DNA from: Tubiluchus corallicola
Lineage: Eukaryota > Animalia > Priapulida
NCBI GenBank assembly: GCA_030141605.1
Contig: JAQGDQ010000236.1
Location: forward strand, 124,001 to 188,000
Reading direction: 5' to 3'
DNA length: 64,000 bases
The position numbers were made by a program, and so were the translations under genes. The first letter of the stretch is position 1, and every line of letters begins with the position of its first letter. Below the pieces are notes generated by a model, which was not told where the DNA came from, did not search any database, and saw only the letters and a list, made by a program, of their open reading frames with translations. This document shows positions 53,201 to 64,000 of this stretch, piece after piece.

Positions 53201-56200
53201 TGATTGTTTTTCATTAGTATTAGAACCAAAATGTTAGCAATATTAACTAGGCCCAAGCATTTTGCAAATGATTTCTGAGCAAAGCAATCCATACATGATT
53301 TGGCTGAGGTTTCTTCCACGAGTAGTCTATTGGCGTAACCTTTTACAAGGACATTAACTTAGTTGTGATCCACTATGGCACTATAGTGAGATTGTTCTAC
53401 AGTGCCGCATAAGTTGATGACTCTCAGTTTGAATAAGTCATTAAGGGTGCTGCACCAGATATTGATCAAAAAGTGGATATTATAGTCAGGTGTGTTATAT
53501 TGTTTTGTCCATGTTAGATTATTTGCAAATATATTGTTTATATTGTGCATGTATGTGAGCCTTGTAAGTGTTGGCACTTGGTAGTCACACATGTCACTTG
53601 TAATACATATTATAATGAATCCATTTCCTGATCCAAAACAACTTGATCCCTATTTGAAATGTCCTATTGTTTAAGTATTGTCAGTCTCTTGGGGTGCAAT
53701 TATTAGTAATTGATTCAAACTTCGGTGAGGGAAAGAGATAGAGAGAGGGAGGAAGAAAGAGAGAGTGAGGCAGTGATAGAAAAGAGAGGAGAAAGAGAGA
53801 GAGAGAGGGAAAGTGGGCTGAGTGAAAATAGCTGATTGTTTGTAGCCAACAAAAGTAGAATAGCTGATTGTTTGTGAGGGAGAGAGATATAGAGAGGTAG
53901 GAAGAAAGAGAACGAGAGGGGGTGAAAGAAAAGAGAGGAGAGAGACAGAGGGGAGGAGAGTGGCCTGAGTGAAAATAGCTGATAGATTTGTAGCTACAAA
54001 AGTAGTATGACTACTACCAGTGTTGCATTGGCCGCATAATGGTGCAGCATGTACTGCAAGTGGTGCTTCTGCTCCATCCGCATCGCAGCAAGGTGTATGG
54101 TATCACTTTGCATGTCTGTTTCCCACTGTTTCAACTTCATTTAAATTATTAATCTTTAGGTTTTGCTTGGAAATAACAGCAAATATTATGTTGTTTTTTT
54201 ACCACTCTGCCTGCGAACACCATCCTCATTGCAAAGCACAAGGCTGACACCATTCCTAGGAATCATCGAACATGCTCTTTAGTAAAGTGAAAAATAGGAT
54301 GTTTTTGTTGTTCGTAGTTCTTGTGGAATGTGCAAATTGTGATGCAGTTAATTTGTATTCCTAAGCTTTCTATTTTCTAACTTGCAAAGCATACATCTCT
54401 GTCTTTAACTTCGGTATATTCCTTTTTAGCTTACTTTTGTCAACCTATTGGTCAATCGAGATCTAGATTCCTAGACTTTGAAACTTGAGAGCATCCAGTT
54501 TATTCTGTAACAGGAGTTTTTACAGTTTACAGAGCTCTTCAATTTTAACAAGTTTACATTTGAAATTCACTTACAAGTACACACGTCGGAATAACAGGGT
54601 CTCTGTGCACGCTCTCATTATCTTTCACCCGCTGTTTGCTTTGATATGTGTGAGATGAGTCGGTGCTCTCTATGCATTCAGGTTCCCATTGTTATGCTAA
54701 CTTGCTGGAGAATGCCCCACTCATTGCTAGTAGTTTGCATAAATGAGGGATGCTTGTGCTAACAGAAAGGTGAAACTTGTGAACCTGGTCAGTGGTGTCA
54801 TTGATAGTTAGTGCAAGTTCAGTTATCAATTGCTGTTATAATATTCACAAGTTTTTGTGTCATAAATTAGTACGTATATAAATATTTTACTATAACTTTT
54901 TTCAATCATAGTGCAATAACTGGTATTTTGCCTGAAGTAGTATTTTGTGATTGTCCCAAGCTTCCAAAGCAGACTTAATAGGAAACTGGTCTTCAGTTTG
55001 ATCATTTTTCGTGGCTCTTAATCTATTAAAATTGCTTTAATTAAGTGAAATGCGAAAACATTTGCATAAGTTTTTTCTATGAACAATTAATTTGTAACGT
55101 CAATTAATTATTGGTTGTTTGAATTCAACATTTAAATAGTGTTACTTATAGTTTCAGTTGCCAAAAGTCATGTAACACCCATAAAAACTTCATTTGTATA
55201 CATCATTATTTGAAAGTAAGTCATGTTCAGTAATTTTTCATGCAACAGAGAAACTTTTATGGTTAAAGTCTCCAACACAATGACTTATCAATTACCAATA
55301 CTTTTGTTGAGCTGCCATCCACTGTTAGTGTAAAATTTTGTTAGTTTCTTTTAGCTGTATATTGTTTTATTTTCAGTTTCTATGTTTGAAAAACATACGC
55401 ACATTTTTGTCTGCTTGTCAGCACACATTTGGTATGAGGCCATCAGAGCTGTTTGACTCTTTCATGTTATTTGATGTAACCGACTTTGGTAAGGTAAGTG
55501 TTTGCTTTAATTTTCTGCATTAGACAATGTTTGTTTTCATGTTATTTGATGTAACCGACTTTGGTAAGGTAAGTGTTTGCGTTAATTTTCTGCATTAGAC
55601 AATGTTTTGTTTATTGAATACAGTGCTCGGAAAATATGCTGTCACTAAGGGGACGAACAACAATTTAAATTACTTTGAGGCTGTTATATTGTCCAATTTG
55701 TTTAGAAGACAATAAGTGTACCCATTTTTTAATTGTTTAATCCGAATATCTTACCAATAGTTTGCACAATTTTTTATGAACTTGTTCACTTAAACTGTGA
55801 TGATTAATATTATTTTGTAAATGAAATCACCGTAATCTTTCAGCATAAAGTATCTCATCAACTAATATTAGCTTAGTCCTTTCTTGTGTAATCCCTTTCT
55901 TCTTCTCATTTGCATCGTGTGGAAACATTTCTTATATGTTCAAATTCGGTGAATTTTCACGCGCAGTTCAAGAAGTTGTTATACAAATTTTATATACATC
56001 TTACTGTATGCAATGTTCAAGTTTTACTGTATGCAATTAATGTAGCTGATGGAAAATTTGAAAATTGAAACTGCTGTCATTCAAACATTCCAAGTACTTA
56101 ACATCCATATTTCAATGCTTGGTTGTCTGTTACAGGTACTACAAGCATTATCAAAACTATCCAAAACTTCCAAGGCTTGTGCTACAGGAATACTGTAAGT

Positions 56201-56342
56201 TATTACTCACAAATTATCATTATTACATATCGTATCATTTTCCTCAAGAATATTTGTTAAAAACAGTTAGTTTTTTTGCTTAAAAAGGATTATCTGTACA
56301 ACAGAGTTACTTGTCTTGCTTCTAGGAAAGCTGATGACTTTA

Positions 56343-56380
<38 letters not shown>

Positions 56381-59300
56381 ACCACTTCAAAGTTCTCAGT
56401 TACTGTTTGATTAGACCACATTTCTTATTTTTTTGAAAGTAAACTAAAATAAGATGAAGCGTGTAGATGTTCATGTTTTTTTTCGTATTTCTTCCCTTTA
56501 TGTCAAGTTTGGTTTCCAATAAAAAATTGTTTTGGTCTCTTTTAATTCTTCATGCATAAATTGACTTCCGCTAAATTTGTCAATGTGTCCTGAATTCCCT
56601 TTTATCTGAAAAGGTGTAAATCTGGCTTTAGTACTGTGAATAGTTTGTCATAATTGTTGGTAGCAGGATTTCCATTGTTGCCATGTCCTGTATATAAGAA
56701 TTTTTTGACGGTGTGCTGTGTCATCTTAGAAGTGCTTTTAAGAAGTGAACTTAAGTATGCAGTGCATCAGTCGTCTGTGTCATCTGTCAGGCGACATTGG
56801 TCAATGACTTAAGCGATACTGAAAAGAAAAGATTTTAAGTCCTATATTGGGAATAAGAGCACTTGCTAACCTTCTAAGCAAAATATATGGGTAACATACG
56901 ATAGCTGCCCCGTGTGCGTGCTGTACTTGACCTGGCAATTTCACTTCACCGCCTGCTGTAGCCGTCCAATAAACAGGCTCTCTGTTTTCACCATATAATT
57001 TCTGATATAAATACTTGTTCTTTTTTGCAGTCCATTTTCTGCTGATGTACAAGATGAGTGTCATGGTCCAGACGATGAAATCTACCGTCATCTGGAAGAC
57101 ATGGCCACATCAAAGTTGGTATTTTTAAATTTGAATTGTGATGTTTGTATCAGCCTTTATTAACACTTGCATTTTGTTACATGCTGAAATATAATTCTAA
57201 TAAGTGTATAAGTTAGAATAAGTTAGATGATATGATCTTTTCGCAGTTCTAAGGTAGCAAGGTTACTAAAATGAAACTTAAGTTATGAATTATGGGCATA
57301 TAACTTAGGCTACGTATCACTGATAGAACAAAGAGTTTGCCAGTGTGTGTGAAATATTTAGTGCCTATGAAGAAATCGTGGAGCTAAAGAGTCACTAGTA
57401 TGAATTGCTTAGTTTTTGCAAAACAGTGCATTGTTTTTTCCGTGTTTTTAATTGTGTATTTTTTTCGTTGCTACTTGCCTATTAAACTTGTCATTTAGAA
57501 TTAAATTTGTTTTACAGCGCATTGTATTACAAACATTTTTGAATTCTTTAAAATGGGATTCTCAAATTACTGCATGTGCGTAATGAAAAACCGGAAAGGA
57601 TAAGTTTGCATGACTTTACAGTATGCTGAAGATTATACAGCTCCCCTGTTTTGTTTCTCTATTTCTGTTTTAGAATTTGCTCTGGGAAGCAACTTTTACT
57701 GGCATTTTTAATGACAATAAACAAGTTTTGTCCACAAAGACTACCGCCCTGTGTAACAGTCAACTTTAACCGAGTTCTTAAACCAATAACAAAAGTTTAT
57801 TACCGATCATTGATTGATTGAATTTTGTACTTGCTCATTTCACCTAAAATGTTTGTGGTTCCATTTAAATTTGAGTTTATGTACCAGTATTACAAAAGTA
57901 ATTTGTTATTGCATCTTCACATTCATTTCAGAGAAATGAGCAACAATTTGCTGATTTTGACTGTTTCAAACTCTGTCTTGCCTATCCAAATCAAATATAG
58001 CCTAAAACTCTTGGCCGTGTCTAACATTTCTTGTTGATCAGTGCAGAGCGAGCGGGGGGGGGGGGGGCACGCCCTCCTGCAAAATCGGACAAATAATTTT
58101 TTTTCAGTGAAAATTGCAGTTCGCATGTAATCATTTTCAATATGAATTTGAATTAGGTAAAAAAATGTTTGGTAGCTTCAGTGTATTATTTTCGTAAAAC
58201 ATGTGTGTGATAAATTTCTGTGAATAACAATTTGGTTAGAGGCACATTAATAACGTTAGGTTAACTGAGAGTTAATTTTCTCATTATTGCTTTGTCCGCT
58301 ACGCCGTCCTACACACATGCTAATTATAGGCCTGCATGCGGTATAAAAGGGGTTAAAAATTGGCTTAACCATTATTTAACCACTTCGGATACCTCCCTTC
58401 CCCCCCCCCCCCAGAAAATGTTTGCACACCCCTGCTTGCCACATCTAGTTCCGCCCCTGTTGTTGATGATTTATTACTGGTCATGGCCGAATCGGATTTT
58501 TTGTATCTAATTGTAGGTCACTGTTTACAATTGCATGTTTTTTTTTATTTGAGACCACTATGATCTCATAGATAAAAAAATCTGATTTTGAGTATTATCC
58601 AGTGGACTGGGATGTCACGGCTCTGAACAAGATCATTTTGCTTCAAAATTTACAGTTTAATTGTTTTTTTCCCTGAAGGATTGAACGTGTGGAGCCTCGC
58701 CTGGTAACAAAAATAATTAATCAGAACCAGGTCTGTGATAGTCAATGTTCTAAAGATCTGCAGCTTGTGCCCATTTCAATGAGAAGCTTCGATTTTCTTC
58801 CATTATTAACATTTTTTCTTTTCTGGTATTAGGTATTTCTTTGTTTTTTTATCGCAATAATTTAGTAATTAACAACCATTTATTTTCTGTATCACCAAAA
58901 TGTAAGTTTGTCTTTATATGTGACCCATTAATTTAAAGACAGTGAGAAAAGCTGAATGAACTCATTGCAAAGAGTTCATTTCATTCGTGATTTTTCATTA
59001 CTTCTCAATGTCTTTTTTAATTTATAAGATAGTTTCCAAAAGTGCGATTTTATTTCCAAGTATTGAATAAAGTATTGAAATAAATTGTAAATAAGTCATC
59101 TTAATACCTGTTTCAGTGACCTTATGGATGAGGATCCATATAGAGTAGTGTATGCAGGTGACGAGCTGGAACAAGAAGATGTATATGAGGATTTATGTGC
59201 TTATCGAGCTCGACGAAGTCTTGTTGGCCGTGTTCCTGACTCGCACGAGGTATGATGTCACACGTTTCTCATTTACTCTCTCAACATTGTGTTATTCTAA

Positions 59301-62300
59301 CTGCAATTTTTTACACAGTTTTCTGTATTGCAATTCAGGATCCAGCACTCGCTAGGATGGCCTAGGAAATGCTCATGTTAGCGAAACCTGGACTTATCAG
59401 GAATTGTTCTCTAAAATAAGACAGTGAACCATTAGAGGTATCTGAGCCATTTTTCATATAGCGAATGCGGTGAGCAGGAAAATGAATGTGGTGAATGAAA
59501 CTGCTCAGAATGGTTATTGAATAGTGATGGGATAAACAGCTAGAAATGCCCGATGAAGCTGAGTGCAACTGCCGAACCATTCAGTTTGATTTGGCCCGGC
59601 ACGGACATTGTTTCTCTGCTGTTCAATTCAGCTTCATCCTTGACTCTTACGCGGTTCATTAATTAACTCAGCACTTTATTGTTAAAATAAGCTAAACTCA
59701 CGAAAGAAAATTTTACTCAATTCGTGTCAGAAAAAAACTAAAATTAATGATCATATAAGTACCTCGAAATTCTTGCGGCAACGATAACCATCTATGGTAA
59801 ATTATCAACACATGCAGCTGCAAAAGCGCAACTTTGAAAAAAGACTTACCTACCATGTGCATTACAGTCATATTATGCAGCTACATTCAACGCTCTGCCT
59901 TTTGAATATGTGGACAGCAAGTAAAATCTTTTAAAAGTCAAATCACACGCCTTGACCACTCGAATCTTGACCACTCTTATGTAACAGCTGCCCTGTTCTT
60001 GTTTTTGGTTCTTTTGGTAGCTGCTTCTCACTTGTTGCAAAGTCTATTACAGTGGAGATTTTTTTATAAACATTTATTTTCCACCACCTTTGGTATACAG
60101 AACAAAACTTATTAACATGCCTTAGGAATTGGTAAGTACTCTAATACAAAGTTGAGACATTTATAATTAGATACAGATACCTTTATTTTAATTGTGTCAG
60201 TACATCCAGGTGCAATGCAAAATGTTAAATTAACATTTACTGATTCGACTTGAAGCTCTTATGCATTCCTGCCTAGAATCAAACATAGTTTTGTTTTGGT
60301 CAAGATTGAAAAGTGAGTTACCATTTAATATAGTATGGATTTTAGTTCTGATGTTTAATTCATTAATATTGACTGGGAGAAAGATTGAAGTATACAGGTT
60401 AAATAAACCTGTGAAAATTCGAGTATCAGTTTTAAAAACTGTTAATCCAAACTAAACAAACTATGTTTAAACTAAAGCCCATTTAAAAAAGAAGCAGAAT
60501 CCACATGTTTATTTGTAACTAGTTATGTGGTTATGTTACTTTGACAGTTTACTGTATGCCTCAGTGACTAGGTGTGACGCACATTCCTATTTGACGTCTT
60601 CGGACGTTTTCACTGTAACATGTTGTTAATTTTTCTGAGCTACAAATGTGCATGTGTCTAATAGATGTTAATTAATTTCTGCAACCGGCAATCGTTTATA
60701 AATCAGAAAAGTGAATGTTATGATAATTAGTGGGGAGCCTAACGTGTTATTTTCTTCCGCAGGCCAAGCCAAACAAGCGGGAGTATTGTATTCGAGAGCT
60801 CGTAGAAACCGAGAAAAATTATGTGGATGCTCTAGAAATGATAATTACTGTAAGCCTTTATACCTGTTTGTATTCTTCCTGCCTGAATCACACTTATGTG
60901 TTCTACCCTGCAAATGTTAATTTTCTTAATCCACTTTTGTGAAAACTATAATAAAAATGAATTGGCAGGTGAAAGTTAATTGAGAAGCTACTGTGTATAA
61001 CTTGTCAGAAAAGTGATAATTGTTGTGATAGCTGATAAGCATTTGTAGCATCTTATAAGATGAAATGTTACATAGTTTAAATTGCTTACATAAAGTATTT
61101 TTCACTATTATGGGCAAAGTAAGACTGGCTCTTGTTATTTCGAATAAGAAATTCTCGCCTTTCGATCAAATAACATGTGTGCACATTTTTGTAGCACTTT
61201 GCAAGACCGCTAAAGCACATTATCTCGGAGGAGGACCATAAAACAATTTTTCGACACATGGATGAACTCAGACAAATACACACGGGTGAGTGTTGATAGT
61301 TAATATTATCTCGTTTTTAATTGTTTATGCAATGTAGACTAGTACTCTTCTGATTAATTGATTTCATCGAATGTCAGTCGGCCATGACGTTCGACTAAGC
61401 GATCATAAGTTAACGTAATCGATGATCGCTTAATATAATAAGTGTAAGATTTTGTACACTTTGCCGCCTGTTTAATATCGTTGTCGATAGCAACAAATGT
61501 CTTTAGCAAAATATTTTAATGACTGTGCGCGAAATCTCGTACAAACAGAACAGTTACTTAGCAAACGAAATTGCCGAAGATCAATGCTGCAGCAACGCGG
61601 TTTACAGCAAGATTCAATATTGGTAACCTGTGCGCAGCGCTTGCCACTTTGTGACATTCTGACTGATTTCCTGCATTGAAGCGCAGGTGTGAAAGGCAGC
61701 ATCTGCAATTTTTTTGTTTGTGTTTGTTGTTCCGTCAATTGTAAGATCGTAGTTTATAGTGAGAGTACTGCCAAAAATGAGAAATCTGTAATATTTCGTA
61801 TGGTGAACTTATATAAGAAGACGTGTTAACCAATAATAAAAAGTTCATAAGTCTTAACAGGAAAGTATACAGCAGTGCAAGTAACAATCTGGAATGTAAA
61901 CATTAGCGGTGAGTAACACTCAACGGGCAGCTAATGTTCTAACATAATATATAAAACACTAACATAACAATACGGCCAAATCACGTTGAAAACACCAGTT
62001 CTCGTCTGATCACCGAAGTTAAGCAATGCAGAACCTGGCCATTTCTTGGATGGGTGACTGCCTAGGAATACCAGGTGCTGTAGGCTTTGCGGGATGCCCA
62101 CACTGTATCTCAACACTAGGCAGAGGAGCTGCACAACCAGCCAACGGCTAGAGGGCGGAGGAGGTCATGTGACCCAACGGCCATGTGTAGAGGAGTAAGC
62201 CTTCCAAATCAGGAGTGGAGCCCCGAAGGCGGACCAGTGCAGCATGCTCACTGACTCCGGGAGCTCCTGCAGCCAACTTGGTGCCAAACGTATTGCTCCG

Positions 62301-63043
62301 CTTTCCTTTGGACTACACCAGGGAGGAAGAGAGGGGGTTCCTGTTGTCTGGGCAACTCAGGATCTCCGTACACCTTGCCCAGGCGTGCGCCCTGGAGACG
62401 TTCGAGGATCGCACTGCTCAGCCCCAGTCGACGCTGCAGCTCCATCAATGTGATCAATAACTGACTCTCTTGGCGCACACTCCATTGTCTTCCGAGACAG
62501 AAGGATGCCAACCAATATAACACTACAAAATATTACAATCGATCATCAATTCTAATTGAAGGTTAATGATCGATCATAGAAATGAGATCGATTCCCAGTA
62601 TTAATATAGGCAGTGTGCTAATGCATTGTAGTCGTGGGATGTGGTGTAGCTGTATCACAATGTACAGTTGGTAACAGTGTAAGAACCTGTTGCTGAATGT
62701 TTACCATATAGTACATGCACTCTATGCATTTCTTCTATTATCTATATTTCTCCAAAATAAAAAAAAATCACACGTAGCACTCATGTAAACATATTATAAA
62801 TAAGATTATAGTCTATTGGATTTTTTCACATGGCCTTTTTTAATTTTTAGAATATTTTTTCCAGGCTTTCACAGCGAGCTTCTGCGGGCTTACAATTACA
62901 GCTCGCCATCATTCTCTGAGTGTTTCCTTAAGTGGCGGGACAAGTTTTTGGTTTACGGTGATTTTTGTTCTAATCTATCGCAAGCTCAGGAGCTCATTGA
63001 TGACCTGTGCGAGGCCAGGGAGTTGGTTCGACAAACAGTATTC
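50291..63043 (+). CDS. VAV: Vav family Rho GEF, first 8 coding exons (CH domain, acidic region, start of DH domain); continues beyond the window
   Basis: Exons 50291-50500, 55377-55493, 56136-56194, 57031-57114, 59117-59249, 60763-60849, 61195-61285, 62865-63043. Translation [49 protein letters not shown], acidic-region tyrosines (DEIY, DPY, EDVYEDL), and DH start [28 protein letters not shown]. Confidence 0.96.
51646..51800 (+). mobile_element. CR1-like LINE ORF2 fragment
   Basis: [26 protein letters not shown] matches the post-RT KAxxxLGxIxRxF..LYxxxVR motif. Confidence 0.6.
53727..54005 (+). repeat. Two-copy ~150-bp GA-rich tandem duplication
   Basis: A GA-rich block followed by CTGAGTGAAAATAGCTGAT..TTTGTAGC..ACAAAAGTAG occurs twice. 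Confidence 0.7.
55460..55610 (+). repeat. 75-bp tandem duplication spanning the Vav exon 2 3' end and splice donor
   Basis: TTTCATGTTATTTGATGTAACCGACTTTGGTAAGGTAAGTGTTTGC[T/G]TTAATTTTCTGCATTAGACAATGTTT occurs at 55460 and 55535. Donors are at 55494 and 55569. Confidence 0.95.
58039..58459. mobile_element. hAT-type MITE
   Basis: Perfect 8-bp TSD ttgttgat on both sides. Termini CAGTGCAGAGCGAG and (rc) CAGGGGCGGAACTAG, with subterminal poly-G and poly-C. Confidence 0.8.
61971..62515 (+). mobile_element. 5S rRNA-derived SINE with RTE-derived body and tail, copy 2
   Basis: 5S-like head at 61971-62088 followed by the same body as copy 1. Positions 62402-62464 read [20 protein letters not shown], resembling an RTE ORF2 C-terminus. 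The tail is GGCGCACACTCCATTGTCTTCCGAGACAGAAGGATGCCAACCAA. Confidence 0.9.
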
Positions 63044-64000
63044 GTACGTTTCATTGAATTATTTATTATCTTTTACCGGGCAGGTCCAACAGGTTTTAAA
63101 GCAGGTTTTAACATGACTGGTCAATGAATTTAAGCGGGTTCTCTGATGCTGCCTAACATATTTGTATTAGCAAGAGTAAAAACAAACTGTTGAAAATAGC
63201 ATTTTAATCATTTTTTCGTAAACATTAGTGTGTTATTACTTTTACGTAAAGGCTTACGTTTGAAAACAAGACGAAAAAACTATTAGAATTTTTGTATACG
63301 GTTGTGATTGCTAAACCTTTCTGGTCTTGCTTAATTCTCGTAGTTCTTGCTTTTTCTTTTGTTTTTGAAATTTGTGATCTGTGACACATGTACAAAAATT
63401 TATATTTAAATGTGTGGAAGTGTTTCTATATGTTCCTAATGCACAATATAATAGTCATTTGCTTTACTAAATGGTGACCCAACCTCTGCTGTCTCTCCCC
63501 TGTGAAATGTTATGTGCCAAAACCTCTGTTTTCTCTTGAATTTGCCCATTTAGTAGAACATTGATGAAATAGTATTATTTCTTGTTCACTGCCGCGTTGA
63601 AATTTCGACAGACGCGTGGTGTCCAAAAATTACTGCTTTCAATTTTCATGAACAGTAACCAAAAAATAATGTCAAGAGCTCTTTGAGCTTCATTAATATG
63701 CATATCATTCACGGACACGTGGAAACAGTCATTACGCATTATAGGTCACGGACCACGTATCACCTACCTTTACGCTATCTAAATAATTGCTTGCTAGTCA
63801 TATCTTTAGTTGCACACTAATGTTTTACAATATTTTTCGTACTAGCTCTAATTGCTACAGTGCAGTCTGAAAGTTGGTGTGCAGACATTGTTTTAAGATC
63901 TTACTCGTAGACATTGGCCTGGAAATGGAATGATTGTTTTCCTTCAAATTTTGAAAATGTTTTTGGAATTTAGCAGGCTGTGCTAAGTGAATTGTGTTTG

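Noticed and set aside
241-63043. U12-type (AT-AC or GTATCCTT) introns
   Set aside because: All assembled introns have ordinary GT-AG ends and no U12 donor consensus.

Overview
AT-rich, intron-containing animal (most likely invertebrate) genomic DNA; no prokaryotic features. Six protein-coding genes can be assembled by hand from GT-AG exons with consistent phases: the 3' end of atypical PKC (+, to 4105), a complete ABCG half-transporter (+, 11143-25541, 14 coding exons, ~649 aa), a small secreted or GPI-type folate-receptor-fold gene that the ORF track only partly shows (-, 30666-27604), adenylate kinase 8 (+, 30888-41310, 479 aa) head-to-head with it across ~220 bp, RABEPK (-, 46115-43541) and the 5' half of Vav (+, from 50291). 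Introns are dense with small transposons: TA-flanked Tc1/pogo-type MITEs, hAT MITEs with 8-bp TSDs, CR1/L2 LINE fragments, a tRNA-like SINE and Helitron-like ends. Highlights are (1) two copies of a ~520-545 bp SINE made of a full-length 5S rRNA head plus 5' and 3' pieces of an RTE LINE, (2) an apparent GPI-anchored versus secreted switch in the folate-receptor-like gene, and (3) a 75-bp tandem duplication that copies the Vav exon-2 splice donor. Gene identities rest on remembered family sequences and motifs; no searches were run.
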